From Callorhinchus milii (Eukaryota), in assembly GCF_018977255.1 (NCBI RefSeq), contig NW_024704743.1, positions 41,666,001 through 41,730,000 on the forward strand: a stretch of DNA of 64,000 nt. Reading direction: 5' to 3'. Positions 1-13,154 of this stretch are shown piece by piece. A program made the position numbers and the translations under genes. The notes beneath the pieces were generated by a model. The model did not search any database. It was given only the letters and a program-made list of their open reading frames with translations, and was not told the DNA's origin. Within the stretch, counting starts at the first letter, position 1. Every line of letters starts with the position of its first letter.

Positions 1-215
1 TCTCTATCTATTTATTTCTCATCCAATTTCTCTACTCTCTCCTCCTTTACTGTGACATTTGCAGCATCCTCTTACAGAAGCAAAGTACTGTTTCAGTACC
101 TCAGCCATTGCCTCTGCCTCCTCAAGAAATTTTCTTTTTCAGTCATAATGGGCCCCACCCTTCCTTTGACCATCTTTTTACACTTTATATGTTTACTAGA
201 TGTACCCTTTGCAGC
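1..215 (-). mobile_element. CR1-clade LINE ORF2 fragment (degenerate)
   Basis: Minus strand reads ..KGRVGPI.. and MAEVLKQYFASV, resembling the CR1 ORF2 segment between the EN and RT domains. Probably the continuation of the fragment at 2380-2820. Confidence 0.7.
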
Positions 216-359
216 TTCGCTTACAACCAAAGGATTCAATATTTCATCTTTAGCTATACACATCTGGGACGACTCCTATGGTAGGACTCGATGCTTTAAC
301 AATGCAATTTTGTTGTTGTTGCTGCAGTTTAGCTTTGTCAATGTTCTTTACTTTGGTGG

Positions 360-1620
360 AATGTGCAACATCCAAGGATGCACACTCCATCTTACTAATG
401 TTAGAATTTACACTTTTTGTATAATGTTAGAATCATAATAGATGTTGCGAATGGGTTAACTTTTAAGTTAAGTGTGTTGTGGGCAGCTGGACTGAAACTC
501 CCTGCACGTACACGAGATAACGGACTGTCTCAAGGACAGTGGGTTTGTGTGTGTGAGGCATGTACACCCCATGAGGCGTTCACGTGAACCCAGCATGATT
601 TCGACAGATGATCTAATGTCCGCACCATGATTGGATGAACATTGGTATAAGAGTTCCGATAACGTTGTGTACGGGGCCGTCCCGGGTCGCGGAGACAAGG
701 ATACGGGAGATGGGGCCATCCCGGGCTGCGGAGACAAGGGTACGGAGATGGAAGACTGAGAGCTAGAAACACTAAGACTGTGGATATCAGATGGAAGATT
801 TAAAGCTGTAAGCAAGAAGACTGAAAGCATGAAGAATCAAGCTTGTGTGCTGGAAAGACACAGTGTTGAACTCTTGAACTCGAGATATCTATAGTGGTGT
901 TTTTCTGTTTTAAGATCTGTTTTTATTTATTTTCTAACACTATGCCAGTCCAGAATCTTAGCATCTTGTTTCACCCGCAACTAACCTTTCTACCCCACAT
1001 CTGTGCCATGTCAAGCTCTGCCTTCCCCCACCTCCACAACATCACGTGACATTGCCACTGATTCACACTGCAGGCTGCCGAGATCCACATACAACCATTC
1101 ATAACAACCAGGCTCAACTTCGCAAACTCCCCGCTTGTCGGCCTCCCAAGCTCCTCCCTCCATACGCTGGCAGTTCATCTAGAACGCTGCAGTGCATGTC
1201 TTCTCCCGAACCAGGCTCCGTGACCTCATCACTCACGTCCTCGCCTGACTACTGGCTTCCCATCACGCAGAGTATACGGTTCAAGATCCTGGTCCTCACC
1301 TTCAAAGACCTCCATGGCCTTGCTCCCCCCTGTCTCTGAGACCTTCTAACCCCCTACCAAACTGTCCGTTCTCTCTGCTCAGCGGGCTCCGGCCCCCACC
1401 CACCATTGGCAGGCAGGCCTTCAGCCAGTCTGCCCCCACCCTCTGGAACTCCATCCTGCAGACCCTCTGCCTCAGCCCTTCCCTTGCCTCCTTCAAGACT
1501 CATCTTAAGACCTTCCTCTTCAACCGTGCCTTCAGTCACCCTCCTTACCACCCACACCCCGCTCTCTACCCTCCCCAATCCCAAACTCCAGCTTAGATCC
1601 GAAACACTGATTGTCCAGCA
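360..1620 (+). mobile_element. L2-clade LINE 3' fragment, interrupted by the solo LTR at 399-939
   Basis: Translates to WLPITQSIRFKILVLTFKDLHGLAPP (L2 C-terminal HWLP..RI.FK motif). The L2 sequence resumes exactly after the LTR (cttactaa | ctatgccagtcc). Confidence 0.85.
399..939 (+). mobile_element. Solo LTR (Gypsy-like), copy A, internally deleted near the 3' end
   Basis: Termini TGTTAGAA...TTCTAACA. Flanks CTAA/CTAT form a 4-bp TSD with one mismatch. ATTGG boxes and TATAAG near 630-651; two 39-bp repeat units. Homologous to 56318-57092. Confidence 0.85.
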
Positions 1621-1637
1621 ATATACAAATATAATGT

Positions 1638-1949
1638 GGAGTCCTGAAGCTCAGTGGTTAGAGCACTCGCTTTGCAAGTGAGAGACCTGAGTTGAATTCC
1701 AGGCAGAGGGCGAAACCTTGGGCAAGTTTCCTTACTCCACACAGAGCCTAATAATAATCCCTCCAAAAAAAAATAATAAATTGGTCATTTTCAATCCATG
1801 ACTGTTTGTGGGACATTGTTGTGTGCAATTGGATGCTGCGTTCGCCCACAAATATGCAGTCAATTCACTTTACAGTATATTCTGTGAAGCGCTTTGGGAC
1901 GTCTAGAAGACGCTCTATGAAATGCAAGGATTAGTATTATTATTATTAT
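1638..1949 (+). mobile_element. tRNA-derived SINE, short subfamily (SINE2-1_CM-like)
   Basis: tRNA-like head GGAGTCCTGAAGCTCAGTGGTTAGAGCAC with A box and B-box-like GTTGAATTCC, L2-type stem-loop tail and (ATT)n end. Confidence 0.9.
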
Positions 1950-2379
1950 AATCTTGTTGTCGTTGTTATTTTATTCCCGCTGCTTGGCTATGTAAGTGCC
2001 CCGTGACGCAGGGTACCACAGCGACACAGTCAGCTGTCGCGGTCACTGCAATGCATGTGTACATAAGTACATGTTCTGGTGTAACTGCAATGCATGTTTA
2101 CATATGTACATTCACTGTGACGCACAATGCACAGAGCCTCTTTGACTTGGCGGCCACCAAGTGTAACTGCAGTGAAAAACTGTAAATAACTCATGAACTA
2201 TAATTGATACCCAAAAACAAATATGCCCATGTCACTCCCATTCAAGACTTTTCTAATGAAATATAAATGATGTCTCTATCTCAATCAGTCATTGGGGTCC
2301 TTGTTAAAACACAGTCAGACATTGTCATTTTATTAGTATGTATATATGAAGAAGATAGGAGAATGGATAGAAGACTTTA

Positions 2380-2820
2380 GTTTTCACTTTTATGTTACCC
2401 ACTAATCTTTTCCATAAACTCTCTTTGATCCTTGTACTTCCTTTTTTTAGTTCTCTCTACTTTATCTATTCTGCTTGATTCTCTAATGTATTTTGAACCT
2501 GACATTTATCATAAGCCTCCTTTTTCTGTTTAATTTCAATCCTGATTTCCTTGTTCATCCAGGGAGCTCTAGCTTTGGATGCCCTACTTTTCCTCCTCAA
2601 GGGAATGTGTTTGATCTGTACCCTAACTATCTCTTCCTTGAAAGCCTCCCATTGCTCATTTATCATTTTACCCATCATTCTTTGTTTCCAATCCACCTGG
2701 GCCAGATCCCTTTTCAACTCACTGAAATTAGTCCTCTTCCAATTGAATGTCTTCACCATTGATTGTTCCTTGTCCCTTTCCATAACTACTATAAATCTAA
2801 TGATATTGTGATGATATTCT
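2380..2820 (-). mobile_element. CR1-clade LINE ORF2 fragment
   Basis: ORF 2466-2921 contains FNWKRTNFSELKRDLAQVDW...QWEAFKEEI...APWMNKEI, typical of the CR1 region after the endonuclease domain. Confidence 0.8.
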
Positions 2821-3169
2821 GCCCGAGGTTCACACTCTATAACTGTTCCAGAGTGCAATTGTGATATCTTTATACAAGAAAGGTGACACCAGTAAGACCG
2901 AGATCTACCAAGTAATCTCACTAATTTCAGTAGCTCCGAAGTTTGTGCTTTCAGCAGTCACTGCACATGTATCAGATGCATTGAAAACATTTGATCAAGT
3001 TTGATTAACAGAACAGAGTGGGTTCTATTCTCTTGAGGAGTGTATATGGCAGGAAGAGACTTTATATGAGATTGAAGAATTTGTAGGGCCCAGGAGAAAC
3101 GTACGTAAATCATATTCATTGATTTCCATAAGGCTTTCAACTTAGTGCCTCTTGAAGCATTGCTGATGA

Positions 3170-3560
3170 CAGATCAGTCAGCCTGGCACATCTGCTGGAC
3201 CTGGAGGGGAAGATAGGGAGCACAGATTTTTCCTAATTAGCTGCTGTTAACCCTGGAAGCCAAAGTCCTAGGGAGTTGGATGATCCTAGCTGCACAAGCA
3301 ATTGAATGCTTGGCAGACAGTGCTCCCAATGGGAAGCCATGTGGCTTTCGCTGGGTGAACATAGGGAGCATCCCAACACAAACTCTGTGGTCTCCAAGCC
3401 CAGGCACACACAAACTTGCACCTAATACTGTCCAGAACTAGTAAAGCAAGCAGTGTATCTCCAGGGAGAGAATATGCATTCCATTCCAGTCATAGGGACA
3501 TTTTCATGTGTAGATGGCTTACATATGTGACATTCTCAGTCTGGTTTGAATATTCTTAAA
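3170..3560 (+). repeat. Unclassified interspersed repeat (family X), copy 1
   Basis: Shares the core TTAACCCTG.AAGCCAAAG.CCTA.GG... with 11790-12320, 34690-35075, 43060-43350 and 54860-55290 (-). Confidence 0.65.
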
Positions 3561-4609
3561 CATGGCAATAGGTTTCCTAATGGTTTCCCAGTTGACCAAA
3601 AAAAGTACAAATCTGCATAATATCTGGATACACTCATTCATTTCCAGAAGATTTGATACAGGCTTTTATCCAATTAAACCAAAATAACTTTATTGCAAGT
3701 ATGCAGCAATTTAGTACAGGCAGAAGTAACAAACTCAGCACAAGTACTAAATGATCGGAATGCTGGAAAAAAAAAGCTTAGATAAAATAGGTAGAACTGG
3801 TAGAACTGGTAGAACTGAAAAAAATGAGTTGAATATTGACATTTTTGAATTGGTGTAATTGCTGTGATGATTTGCTTGGGTTTGTGACCTTGAGGAACCC
3901 AATTACTGTTCAGACTGAAGAATGTTAGATTTTGTTTTAAAAACTGTTCTTCAATATTCAGACACAGAGCACAGCATTGCAAAGAGTTTATATTTTTCTA
4001 TCATGCAAACTCCAAACTTCATTGTTCTTTGAATGTTCTGATTAGAACAATACTTATGTATCCTGGATCGCTTTTTGGATCCCTGTTTGCACAAAGCTGT
4101 TCACAGCATTGCGATCACTGGGACCATTGCATGAAGAAAGACGGATCAATGTACATAGCACAGAATCACATATTAAATGTTTACAGTGCAACTCTTCATG
4201 TTTGTGACATATTGGAATGCCCCTTCTTTTTTCTATGGGTCTATTTCATTGCTGAGAGACTTATTTGCAATAAGTTCCTCTTGAACAGCTTCCAGCGGCA
4301 GCTGCATGGACTCATGACCACCACTGGAATGGCAGGGATGTGTTACCCTATATTAATCTACTATCTATATCTTCCATTCCTATTTTAGGCAAAAAATGTC
4401 CATATTTTCTGTTACATACTATTGAACATCTGCAAAACAAAACTGGCCTAAGCTAAAAATTGTACGCACCCTGATTGACCTAGCATGAGAGAACATTAGA
4501 TCCCCTGTGATCACTTTAATATCTAACCAGCATTACTGATAAGAACAGAAAGCTTACAGTAGTTTGTGATCATTCAAATGGATAAGAGTTCAAATTTCAT
4601 TGAATAGAA

Positions 4610-5197
4610 CCGAGTGGCTCCAAGATCGACAATGCAAACGTCCTGCTCGTTGGCCTTTCTAACTCCTCCCTCCACAGACTGCAGATAATCCAGAACTCTG
4701 CAGCCCGTGTCCTCTCCCGAACCAAACTCTATGACCCCATCTCCCCCACTCTCGCCTGACTCCACTGGCTCCCTATCCTTCAGAGGATCCAGTTCAAGAT
4801 CCTGGTCCTGACAAACAAAGACCTCCATGGCCTCACCCCACCCTACCTCCGCGACCTTCTAACCCCCTACCAACTTGCCCGTTCCTCCGCTCAGCCGGCT
4901 CTGGCCTGCTCCAGGTCTACCAACCCACCCGCCCCACCATTGGCGGGAGAGCCTTCAGCCACTCTGCCCCCAACCTCTGGAATTCCATCCCCCAGTCACT
5001 CCGCCTCTCCCCCTCCTTAGCCTCCTTCACGTGCCACCTTAAGCCCCTCCTCTTCGACCATGCCATCGGCTACCCCCCCTTTCCCTCCCCTCCCTTACCT
5101 CCCCAGCCCGGGTCTGAAATGCTGTACACTGTCCAGCGCCTTGGGACGTCCTCCCGACGGGAAAGGCGCTGTACAAATGTAATCTTGTTGTTGTTGG
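4610..5197 (+). mobile_element. L2 LINE 3' end
   Basis: HWLP/FKILVL coding remnant, tail AGCGCCTTGGGACGTCCTCCCGACG.GAAAGGCGCT and (TTG)n end. Confidence 0.9.
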
Positions 5198-5345
5198 CAG
5201 TTGGAGGTACCATACATGTGCTCTTTCAGATTCAAAGAGTTTAGGTAGACTTCTTTGGCCTTGTTCTATATTCATCACAAACCTTTATATCAGAATCAGT
5301 CACTCGTCCTGTGATTTGTTTTATATATAAAGTCCCCATATTGAA

Positions 5346-6590
5346 AACAACAACAAATTATATTTGTAGAGCACCTTTTACATCAAGAGGACATCCCAAG
5401 CTGCTGGACTGTCAGGGATTTGGACCCGAACAGGGGTTGGGATCAGAAAAAGTGGAGGCAGGAAGGGTAGTGGTAGGAGGGTGGCTGAAAGCGTGGTTGA
5501 AGAGGAGGGTTTTGAGATGTGCCTTGAAGGAGGCAAGGGAGGGAGTGAGGTGAAGGCACTGTTAGATGGAGTTCTAAAGGGTGGGGGCAGAGAGGTTGAA
5601 GACACGACCATCGATGGTGGGATGGGCCAGGCGTGGAACATGGAGCAGGCCAGAGCCTGCTGAGCGGAGGGAGAGGACAGGTTGATATGGCATTAGCAGG
5701 TCACAAAGGTAGGGTGGGGCAAGGCCACGAAGGGCTTTGAAGGTGAGGACAAGTATTTTGAACTCTATCCTCTCGGGGATGGGGAGCCAGTGGAGCCGGG
5801 TGAAGGTGGGGTTCATAAGGTCATGGAGCCTGGTGCGGGACAGAACACAAGCTTGTGGAGTGAAGAGTTGGGAAGGCCGACAAGCAGGGAGTTGGCGTAG
5901 TTGAGCCTGGATGTAACAAACACATGGATGAGGGTTTTGGCTGCCTGAGGGAAGAAGCAATGGTGGAGCTGGACTATGTTGCAGAGGTGGGTGAAAGAAC
6001 AGTGAGCCATGGCACGGATGTGTGGTAGAAAGGACAATTGAGGGTCAAACAAGACACCAAGGTTCCAGACTGGCTCAATAAGGTGGAGTGTGCATCCATG
6101 ATGGTGATGCTACCAGTACCTGAGGTATGAAACCTGTTTGGAATGGTTCATAGAGGGTGTGGTGGGAGAGGAAGGAGAGAAGCAATGACTCATTCCACGA
6201 CCTTGGAAAGGAAAGGGAGGTTGGAGATGTGGCAGTAATTAGAGAACAGGGAAGGGTCCAGTGAAGGTTTTTTGAAGTTAGTGGTTATAGCAGCTGTTTT
6301 TAAAAGGGTGGGAATGGTACCAGTGGACAGGAAGAGGTTTATGATGTCTATGAGTAGGGGGATAAGGTGGTGGAGCTGGGAGGTAAGGAGGGGCGTAGGG
6401 ATGTGATTGAGGGAGCAGGTGGTGGATTTCTTATGGGTTATGATGGTGGTAAGAGAGGAAGGGGGGAGAGAGCTTCAAATGTGTGGAGGGAGGGATGAAT
6501 AGGGGCCGGGTGTGAGGGAGAGATGGGGAAGGGGTAGCAATTGGAAGAGCAGAAGCAGCCGAGCGGACACTTTCAATATTGGATCTTGAG
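5346..6590 (-). mobile_element. L2 LINE 3' fragment (internally deleted)
   Basis: (CAA)n end at 5346. ORFs 5574-5960 and 5813-6052 contain RLHWLPIPERIEFKILVLTFKAL and FVTSRLNYANSLL. Confidence 0.9.
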
Positions 6591-6719
6591 ATTAATAGTC
6601 TAGCCTGACAGTCCAGTGAAATGTTTGGTGAGTGCTTATCAGAGGTGAGTCCATCGACTTTTGGGATAGAGAAAAGATCTTTTTTTTGTGCCTATTTTAG
6701 AATTCCTTAGAACATTTGT

Positions 6720-7037
6720 GGAGTCCTGTAGCTCAGTGGCTAGAGCACTCACTTCTCAAGTGAGAGTCCTGGGTTTGATTCCCAGCAGGGTGAAACCTTG
6801 GGCAAATTTTCTTAATCCACACGCCTAATAATAATCCCTTAAGAAAAAAATAATTGGTCACTTCATTCCACGACTGTTTGTGGGACACTGCTGTGCACAA
6901 TTGGTTGCTGCATTTTGCCTGTCATACAGTCAATTCACTTAACAGCATATTCTGTGAAGCGCTTTGAGATGTCCAGAAGACGTGAAAATCGCTATATCAA
7001 ATGCAAGGATTATTATTAGTATTATTATTATTATTAT
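6720..7037 (+). mobile_element. tRNA-derived SINE, short subfamily
   Basis: Same head, body and tail as 1638-1949. Confidence 0.9.
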
Positions 7038-7310
7038 CTCCTTGATTTTGCTCTTGAAGAAGTCCAACATCTCCTCACAGTTAGAGTTGAAGGAGTGGAT
7101 GGTACGAGTCGTGAGAGGGTGGGTGGAGGAATTGGTTGGCTGTGGAGAAGGGGAGCCTGGATTGTCCTTGGTCACCATTTTGGAGTAGGAGGACAATTAA
7201 GCTGAGTTGAGGGTGGAATGGTAAGTTTTGTTGTGATCCAGCCAGATCTGCCAATGGACCATTAAATTGGATTTGAGCCAGATGCGTTTGGCGGGACAAA
7301 TCTACTCCTA
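7038..7310 (-). mobile_element. L2 LINE internal fragment
   Basis: Minus-strand peptide ..NCEEMLDFFKSKIKEI resembles L2 ORF2 upstream of RT. Probably part of the 5346-6590 element. Confidence 0.6.
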
Positions 7311-8960
7311 TAATTTAACAGTACAAGATTCTTCAGGACAATATTTTGCTTCAAAAAACAATCAACGACTCAAATATCCAATCTGAACATAGTTTATTAT
7401 AAATAAAGCTATGTATAATATTTATTGCACAACATTTTCCCATCTATCTATACAGATTATCTCCCAATAACTAGGGAAAAGAATAGCATAACACATCATT
7501 TGTGGCGCTCAATAAATGCACTCAGTCAGTGGACATACTACAGAATGGCAAACCCAAGATATGTTCGCAAAATTACACAATCCTTAACCATCTAGTTGCA
7601 GATACAATATAAAACAGAGAGTGAGTTAAAGATTCCAATCTAATTTCAGCAGCCAACATAGTGACATTCATGGTTTCTGATATCATGTGAAATCCTCAAT
7701 TAGGTTAAAGCTTTGTAACTCACTCTGAGGCATTCATTAAATCAACTTCATAATTATATTTTTCATGAATGATATACCTTTGCAGCATTATTATCTGTTT
7801 TGTGTTTCAGAGCATCCCATGCATCCTATCCTTGAGGGTTTTGATTTCATAATATGCACCCTTATTTTCTTCCCTATTATCTTCTGAATACTGAGAATTT
7901 TCAAAGAAAAAAAAGCTGATTTTAATTAACTGAAAATATATAAGAATTAATCTGTAGCTATATTGAGTGAAATTTGCAAAGTACTTTAAACAGGAGATGT
8001 AAAGAGAAAAGGAGGAACCAAAATAATAAAGTATAACAGTGGGATGCAGAATAGGGAGTGGATTTCTTTACAGGCCACAACTCAAATCATTGTGTTTAGT
8101 GTCTTTGTATGAGAATTGGTCATCTCTCACTTTTAAACAAAGTGCTTCCTTATGTCTTACATGATTGTGTGGGCTTAGAATGACACTGCTTCTCATTTAT
8201 GTATTGAATTATAGCACACAATGACTGAGACAAATGCAGGGGATGTCAGGTCCGTTGAAAAGGACATGATCAGTGCAAACAAAGACTTGGCATTACTTGC
8301 CAATGTTGTGATTTTTTCAATCTGTTTAAAAATGCAAACTTTTTTGTTGTTGTTACTGGTATGACTTAGATTCTTTTCTACAAACTGTCCATTTTCAGAA
8401 CATAATTAGATTTTCTTTCCCCTGAGACATGTTCGTTGTTACAAATTTGTGGGTTTGAAGCTATGTCGTTACAATTCTTATAGCAGTCTGACTTATTTAT
8501 TACTCACACTTGATTAGAAATAAGTAGTTGTGAGTTTCCCTTTATTGGAAGTCGGGCTTTTGAATGAGCTCTCAGTGTAGGAATCAATCAAACAGCAGTA
8601 TCTGTCAGATAGAAAACCTGTATTTTCATTTTTAATACAAATACTCGCCTTCAAACCCACAGTCACTGCAATTTACACTAAATCCTGCGAAGCACTTTGA
8701 GATGTCCTTCTGATATGAAAGGCACTATATCAAATACAAACATTAAGATTATCATCATCACTGATGTATATTAAAACAATGATATTCTGTTTGGGAAAAA
8801 TGGAATGAGGCAGAATCTTTGGTCCCCACTGGAGCTTTCTTTCCACTGTGTGTTGTGTTTGTTCAGTAATGGCTTGTATTGGTGTTGTCAGTTCATTGAA
8901 TTTTATTTCCAGTGGGGCTCTTTTTGTTTTAATCTGAAACCTCTTTGGCTGCTATGCCTT

Positions 8961-8986
<26 letters not shown>
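8961..8986. repeat. (TA)n microsatellite
   Basis: Direct observation. Confidence 0.95.
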
Positions 8987-8991
<5 letters not shown>

Positions 8992-9499
8992 TGTCTGTGT
9001 AAATGTATTTGCTTACAATTTCATCAGCCTGCTCAGTTCTTCACTTCCACAGATTTAAAAATTGATGTTAATATTATACAGCACAACCATTAGTTATTTT
9101 GACGTGCTTCAGTTGAAGGCTAACCTGCTTTACAATCCCCTGTGAACCCAGCCTTCCAGTCTTACAGTGATAAAATACTCAGCATGATACTCACTATTAA
9201 TCAGTTTAGTTTAAAAAATATGCAGGCAACAATAACGAAGGTTTCTAATGTTAGCATGTAAGGCAATTTTTTCTATGGAATTTTTAAAAATTCAAACCTT
9301 AATTTGGCAGCTGGTTCTTTTCAAGACTTACCTCTTTGATGGCACTTTCAGTCCTCTTTCCCCTACCCGTGCTCTTCAGCCCCTGATTCCTGGTTCATGT
9401 GCCCAGCCAGGAGTGTAAAATGTTTTGAGATGTTCCCCCAACGTGAATGGCGCTATATGGTGTGCATTAAAATGTATTGTTTAAACTAACTTCCATATT

Positions 9500-10890
9500 A
9501 CAACACAACAAAATTACATTTGTATAATACCTTTCACGCCGGGAGGATATCCAAAGGCTCTGGAGAGTCAGTGTTTAGGACCCGAACTGAGGATCCGGAT
9601 CAGGGAGGGTGGAGAGTAAAGAGTGTGATTGAAGGCATGGTCGAAGAGGATGGTCTTAAGATGAGTCCTCAAGGAGGCAAGGTAGGGGCCAAGGCGGAGG
9701 AGCTGCAGGATGGAGTTCCAGTGGGTGGGCAGGTTGGTTGGTGGTTAGGATGTTGCAGAGGGAGGGGGGATCAAGGCCATGGAAGATTTTGAAGGTGAGG
9801 ACCAGGATCTTGAACTGTATCCTCTGTGTGATGGGAAGCCAGTGGAGCCGGGTGAGGAGGGGGAAGAAAGGGTCATGGAGCCTGGTGCGGGACAAAACAT
9901 GGGCTACAATGTTCTGGATGATATGCAGCCTATGGAGGGAGGAATTGGGAAGGCAAATAAGCAAGGAGTTTACATAGTCAAACCTGGATGTTATGAATAT
10001 GTGTATGAAGGTTTCGGCAGCCTGTGGTGCGAGACAGTGACGGACCTGAGCGATGTTGTGGAGGTGGGAGAAGGCAGAGCAGGTCAGGGCACGGATGTGG
10101 GGTAGAAAGGATAGTTGAGGGTCAAACAAGATCCCAAGGTTCTGGACTGGCTTAGTAAGGTGGAGAGTGCGTCCATGGATAGTGAACCTGTCAGTGCCTG
10201 AGGTGTGGAGGCATTGATGGGACCCAATCAGGAAAGCCTCGGTCTTGTTGATGTTCAACTGTAGAAAGTTAGCTCTCATCCAGGACTTGATGTCTGACAG
10301 ACAATCTGTCAGGATAGCAGTGGTCTTGGAGTCAAGGGTGGAGGCAGAGAGGAATAGTTGGGTGTCATCGTATACATGTGGACGTTAACCCCATGTCTGC
10401 GGATGATGTCACCAAGAGGGAGCATAGAGATATTGAAGAGGAGGGGATCAAGAACAGAGCCCTGAGAAATGCTGCATGAGACGGTCCAGGGGCTAGAGGA
10501 GAAACTGTTTGTGGAGATGAAGTGGAGACAGTGTGAGAGGTAGGATCTGAACTAGTCTAGGACAGAAACATGAAGGTTGAGGTGAGAGGAGAGACGGTGG
10601 AGGAGGATGGAGTGGTGAACAGTATCGAAGGCAGCAGAGAGGTCAAGGAGGACGAGGAGGCAGAGGGAGCCCTGTTTGCAGATGGACAGAATGTCATTTC
10701 TCACTTTGACTAAAGCTGATTCTGTGCTGTGAGTGGCACAGAAACATGATTGAACAGGTTCGTGAAGCGATTGCTGGGAATGAAACTGGGTAGCAACAAC
10801 TAGTTTCAGGACCTTGAAAAGGAAAGGGAGGTTGGAGATGGGGCAGTAGTTTGAGAATAGGAATGGGTCCAGGGAGGGTTTTTTGTGAAT
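9500..10890 (-). mobile_element. L2 LINE, 5'-truncated, with degenerate RT
   Basis: ORFs 9656-10279 and 10552-10929 contain LVLLDLSAAFDTV, FLQLNINKTEAFLIG and RLHWLPITQRIQFKIL; frameshifted. Confidence 0.92.
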
Positions 10891-11789
10891 ATGAGTGATA
10901 TTAAGGTTGAATTTAAGAATTTTGTACAATCCTGCAAAATAGAGAATTCAAAGACAAATTTGTCTTACAGACAAAGACTGGGTTTAATTTCAGGCCTCAA
11001 TGGATAAAAATTCTGTTCAGCGTCAAAGGTGCTGCGTGATTATAATTCAAATCCCATTAGTGTCCGACATTGCCAAAGGCAATGCTTGTAACGCTTCCTG
11101 GGATTTCTCCCCACAAATGTCTAATTTGAAGAATATAGATACAGAAGGAGATATTTTATTTTTACTCATGCAGTCAGGACTATGGATTAACATTTGTAAT
11201 CTGGCTACCCAGCAAAGCAAGTAGTTATTTGTAACCAAGTAAAGTAAGTTATTTCAATTTACGTGGTCAAATATATTTATTATTTGCCCTGAAAACAGAA
11301 GCTCAGCAAAATTATTTTATACTTCTTGACTAATGCTGTTCTTTTAAAACAAAATCCTCAGTGGAAACTGATGCCCAGATTAGTTAGTACTGATATATTA
11401 TCTCAGTCTGTAAGGCCAATATTTTATAGCTTTTCAAAGATAAATCTTTTCAAGACAACAATGTGTTCTTGCAAACAAACTGAATGATTCAACTGTTAAC
11501 TATAAGTAAAGCTGTACAGCACATCTAATTTTCTTTCAACTTATATCACAAAGGTTTGAATCACTTTGCCCATTAGGTACACTTGATCAAAAATGATAAT
11601 GCTTTCATGCCTTTTAAGCTTAATTATGCTACGTATATTCCTGGTACCTGCTATCCATCTCACAAAGACTCAATCCTGCACTTATGTCTAATGACCAACT
11701 AGTGACTGTTGTACTTGTGGGGAAGCTAAGTGGGTCTCCTTAGAGCTGACTCCAAGTTGACGTGCCTGGCAATTGAGTATTGGCAATCT

Positions 11790-12320
11790 TGTTAGTCCAG
11801 TACGTGAAACTGGCTGGAACTCCAAAGCACTGATGATGATAGACTAGCCAACTTGACTGATGGACAGGATTTGGAGGACATAGATTCTTCCCGTTTGGCT
11901 CTTGCTAACCCTGCAGCCAAATCCTTAATGGGGAGAATGGTCCCAGCTGTTAAAGCAGAGGGAAGCTGTTAAAGACAAGCTTTGTGGTTTCAGCTGGTAG
12001 AACTCCAGTAGGACTCCTCCTTCAAGTACCTGGGGTCTCCAAACATTGCCAACCTGCATTGAATGCTTTCTGGAATTATCTTGTCCTCCATCCCTTTTGA
12101 TTCCACCCCTAGCTCGGGTACAAACACTTTACTCTCCGGCATCTTGGAACATCCTTCCGACGTGAAATGCACTATATACAAGTAATTTGTTGTTGTTGTT
12201 GTAATCAGATAAGCAGGATACACCACTTGGGGAGAGAGTGAGCAATTCATTCCAGTCACAGGGACATCTGCATGTGTAGATGGCATACATACGTGGAACG
12301 CTCAGTCTGGTTTAAATACT
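11790..12320 (+). repeat. Unclassified repeat family X, copy 2, with an L2 tail inserted at about 12070-12200
   Basis: Homology to 3170-3560 on both sides of an L2 3' tail ending (TTG)n. Confidence 0.6.
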
Positions 12321-12509
12321 CATAAAATGGTGATACGATCCTGCATGTATCAGACAATCAGAGCAGCAAAAAATCAAAAACATTATATTTCTACACTTGT
12401 TGTGGTCACATTAATCATTTGGAACCATAGATAACTAAGGTGCATTCAGTTCACTCTATTATCAATATTTGCCCCTCCAACAAAGCCATCAGTTCTAAAC
12501 CTATAAACA

Positions 12510-12760
12510 ATCCAATTTTATTTGGGGAATTGTTGGCCAGGACATCAGGAGAAACTTCCTTCTTTTTTTGATTATTGCCACCGGATTGTTAATGTCCACT
12601 TAGACACGCAGATGGGATCTCAGTTCAGCATCTCATCTGCAAGGTGGCACCTCCAATACTGCACCGCACCCTCAGCATTGTAATAGAGTATCAGCCCAGA
12701 CGATGCAAATTTCAGAGGCATTATGTGGGGCTTCAACTCACAACCTTATGGTCTGGGCCA
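12510..12760 (-). mobile_element. Deu-domain SINE (SacSINE1/AmnSINE-like), old
   Basis: Reverse complement resembles the Deu core as recalled (GATGAGA..AAAC.GAG...GTGGAC.TTAA.AATCC..TGGCA...GTCCTGGCCAA). Confidence 0.65.
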
Positions 12761-13154
12761 ATAGAAAAGTGAAGACATTTTTACACTCATACCGCCCGTG
12801 CTCACACACACCACCCTGCACTCACACTCACACTGCCCCACTCTCACTCACACTATGCCTCTCTCACACTCACACTGCCTTGCGTTCACACGTTTTGTGA
12901 ATCTTCCAGGTGATTCCAGATGGATTTACTGAATTTTGCAGGGGCTGATTGTTGCTATTGAGGTACATGTTACTGCTACATTTTTTCACTTCGTAGATAA
13001 AAACTGAACATAAGTAAATAACACATATTAGATTGTTGCATAAAACAATGATTAATTGCTTCTTTAACAAAAAATGGGTGGCCATTTTTTTTTGCTGGGG
13101 GTGGGACACTAGCGAGTCTATAAGAACTCACCACCTCCTGCCTTTTCCTGCACT

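Noticed and set aside
3689..4429. Possible minus-strand terminal exon (acceptor near 4430, AATAAA near 3689)
   Set aside because: The signals are common in AT-rich DNA and there is no coding support.
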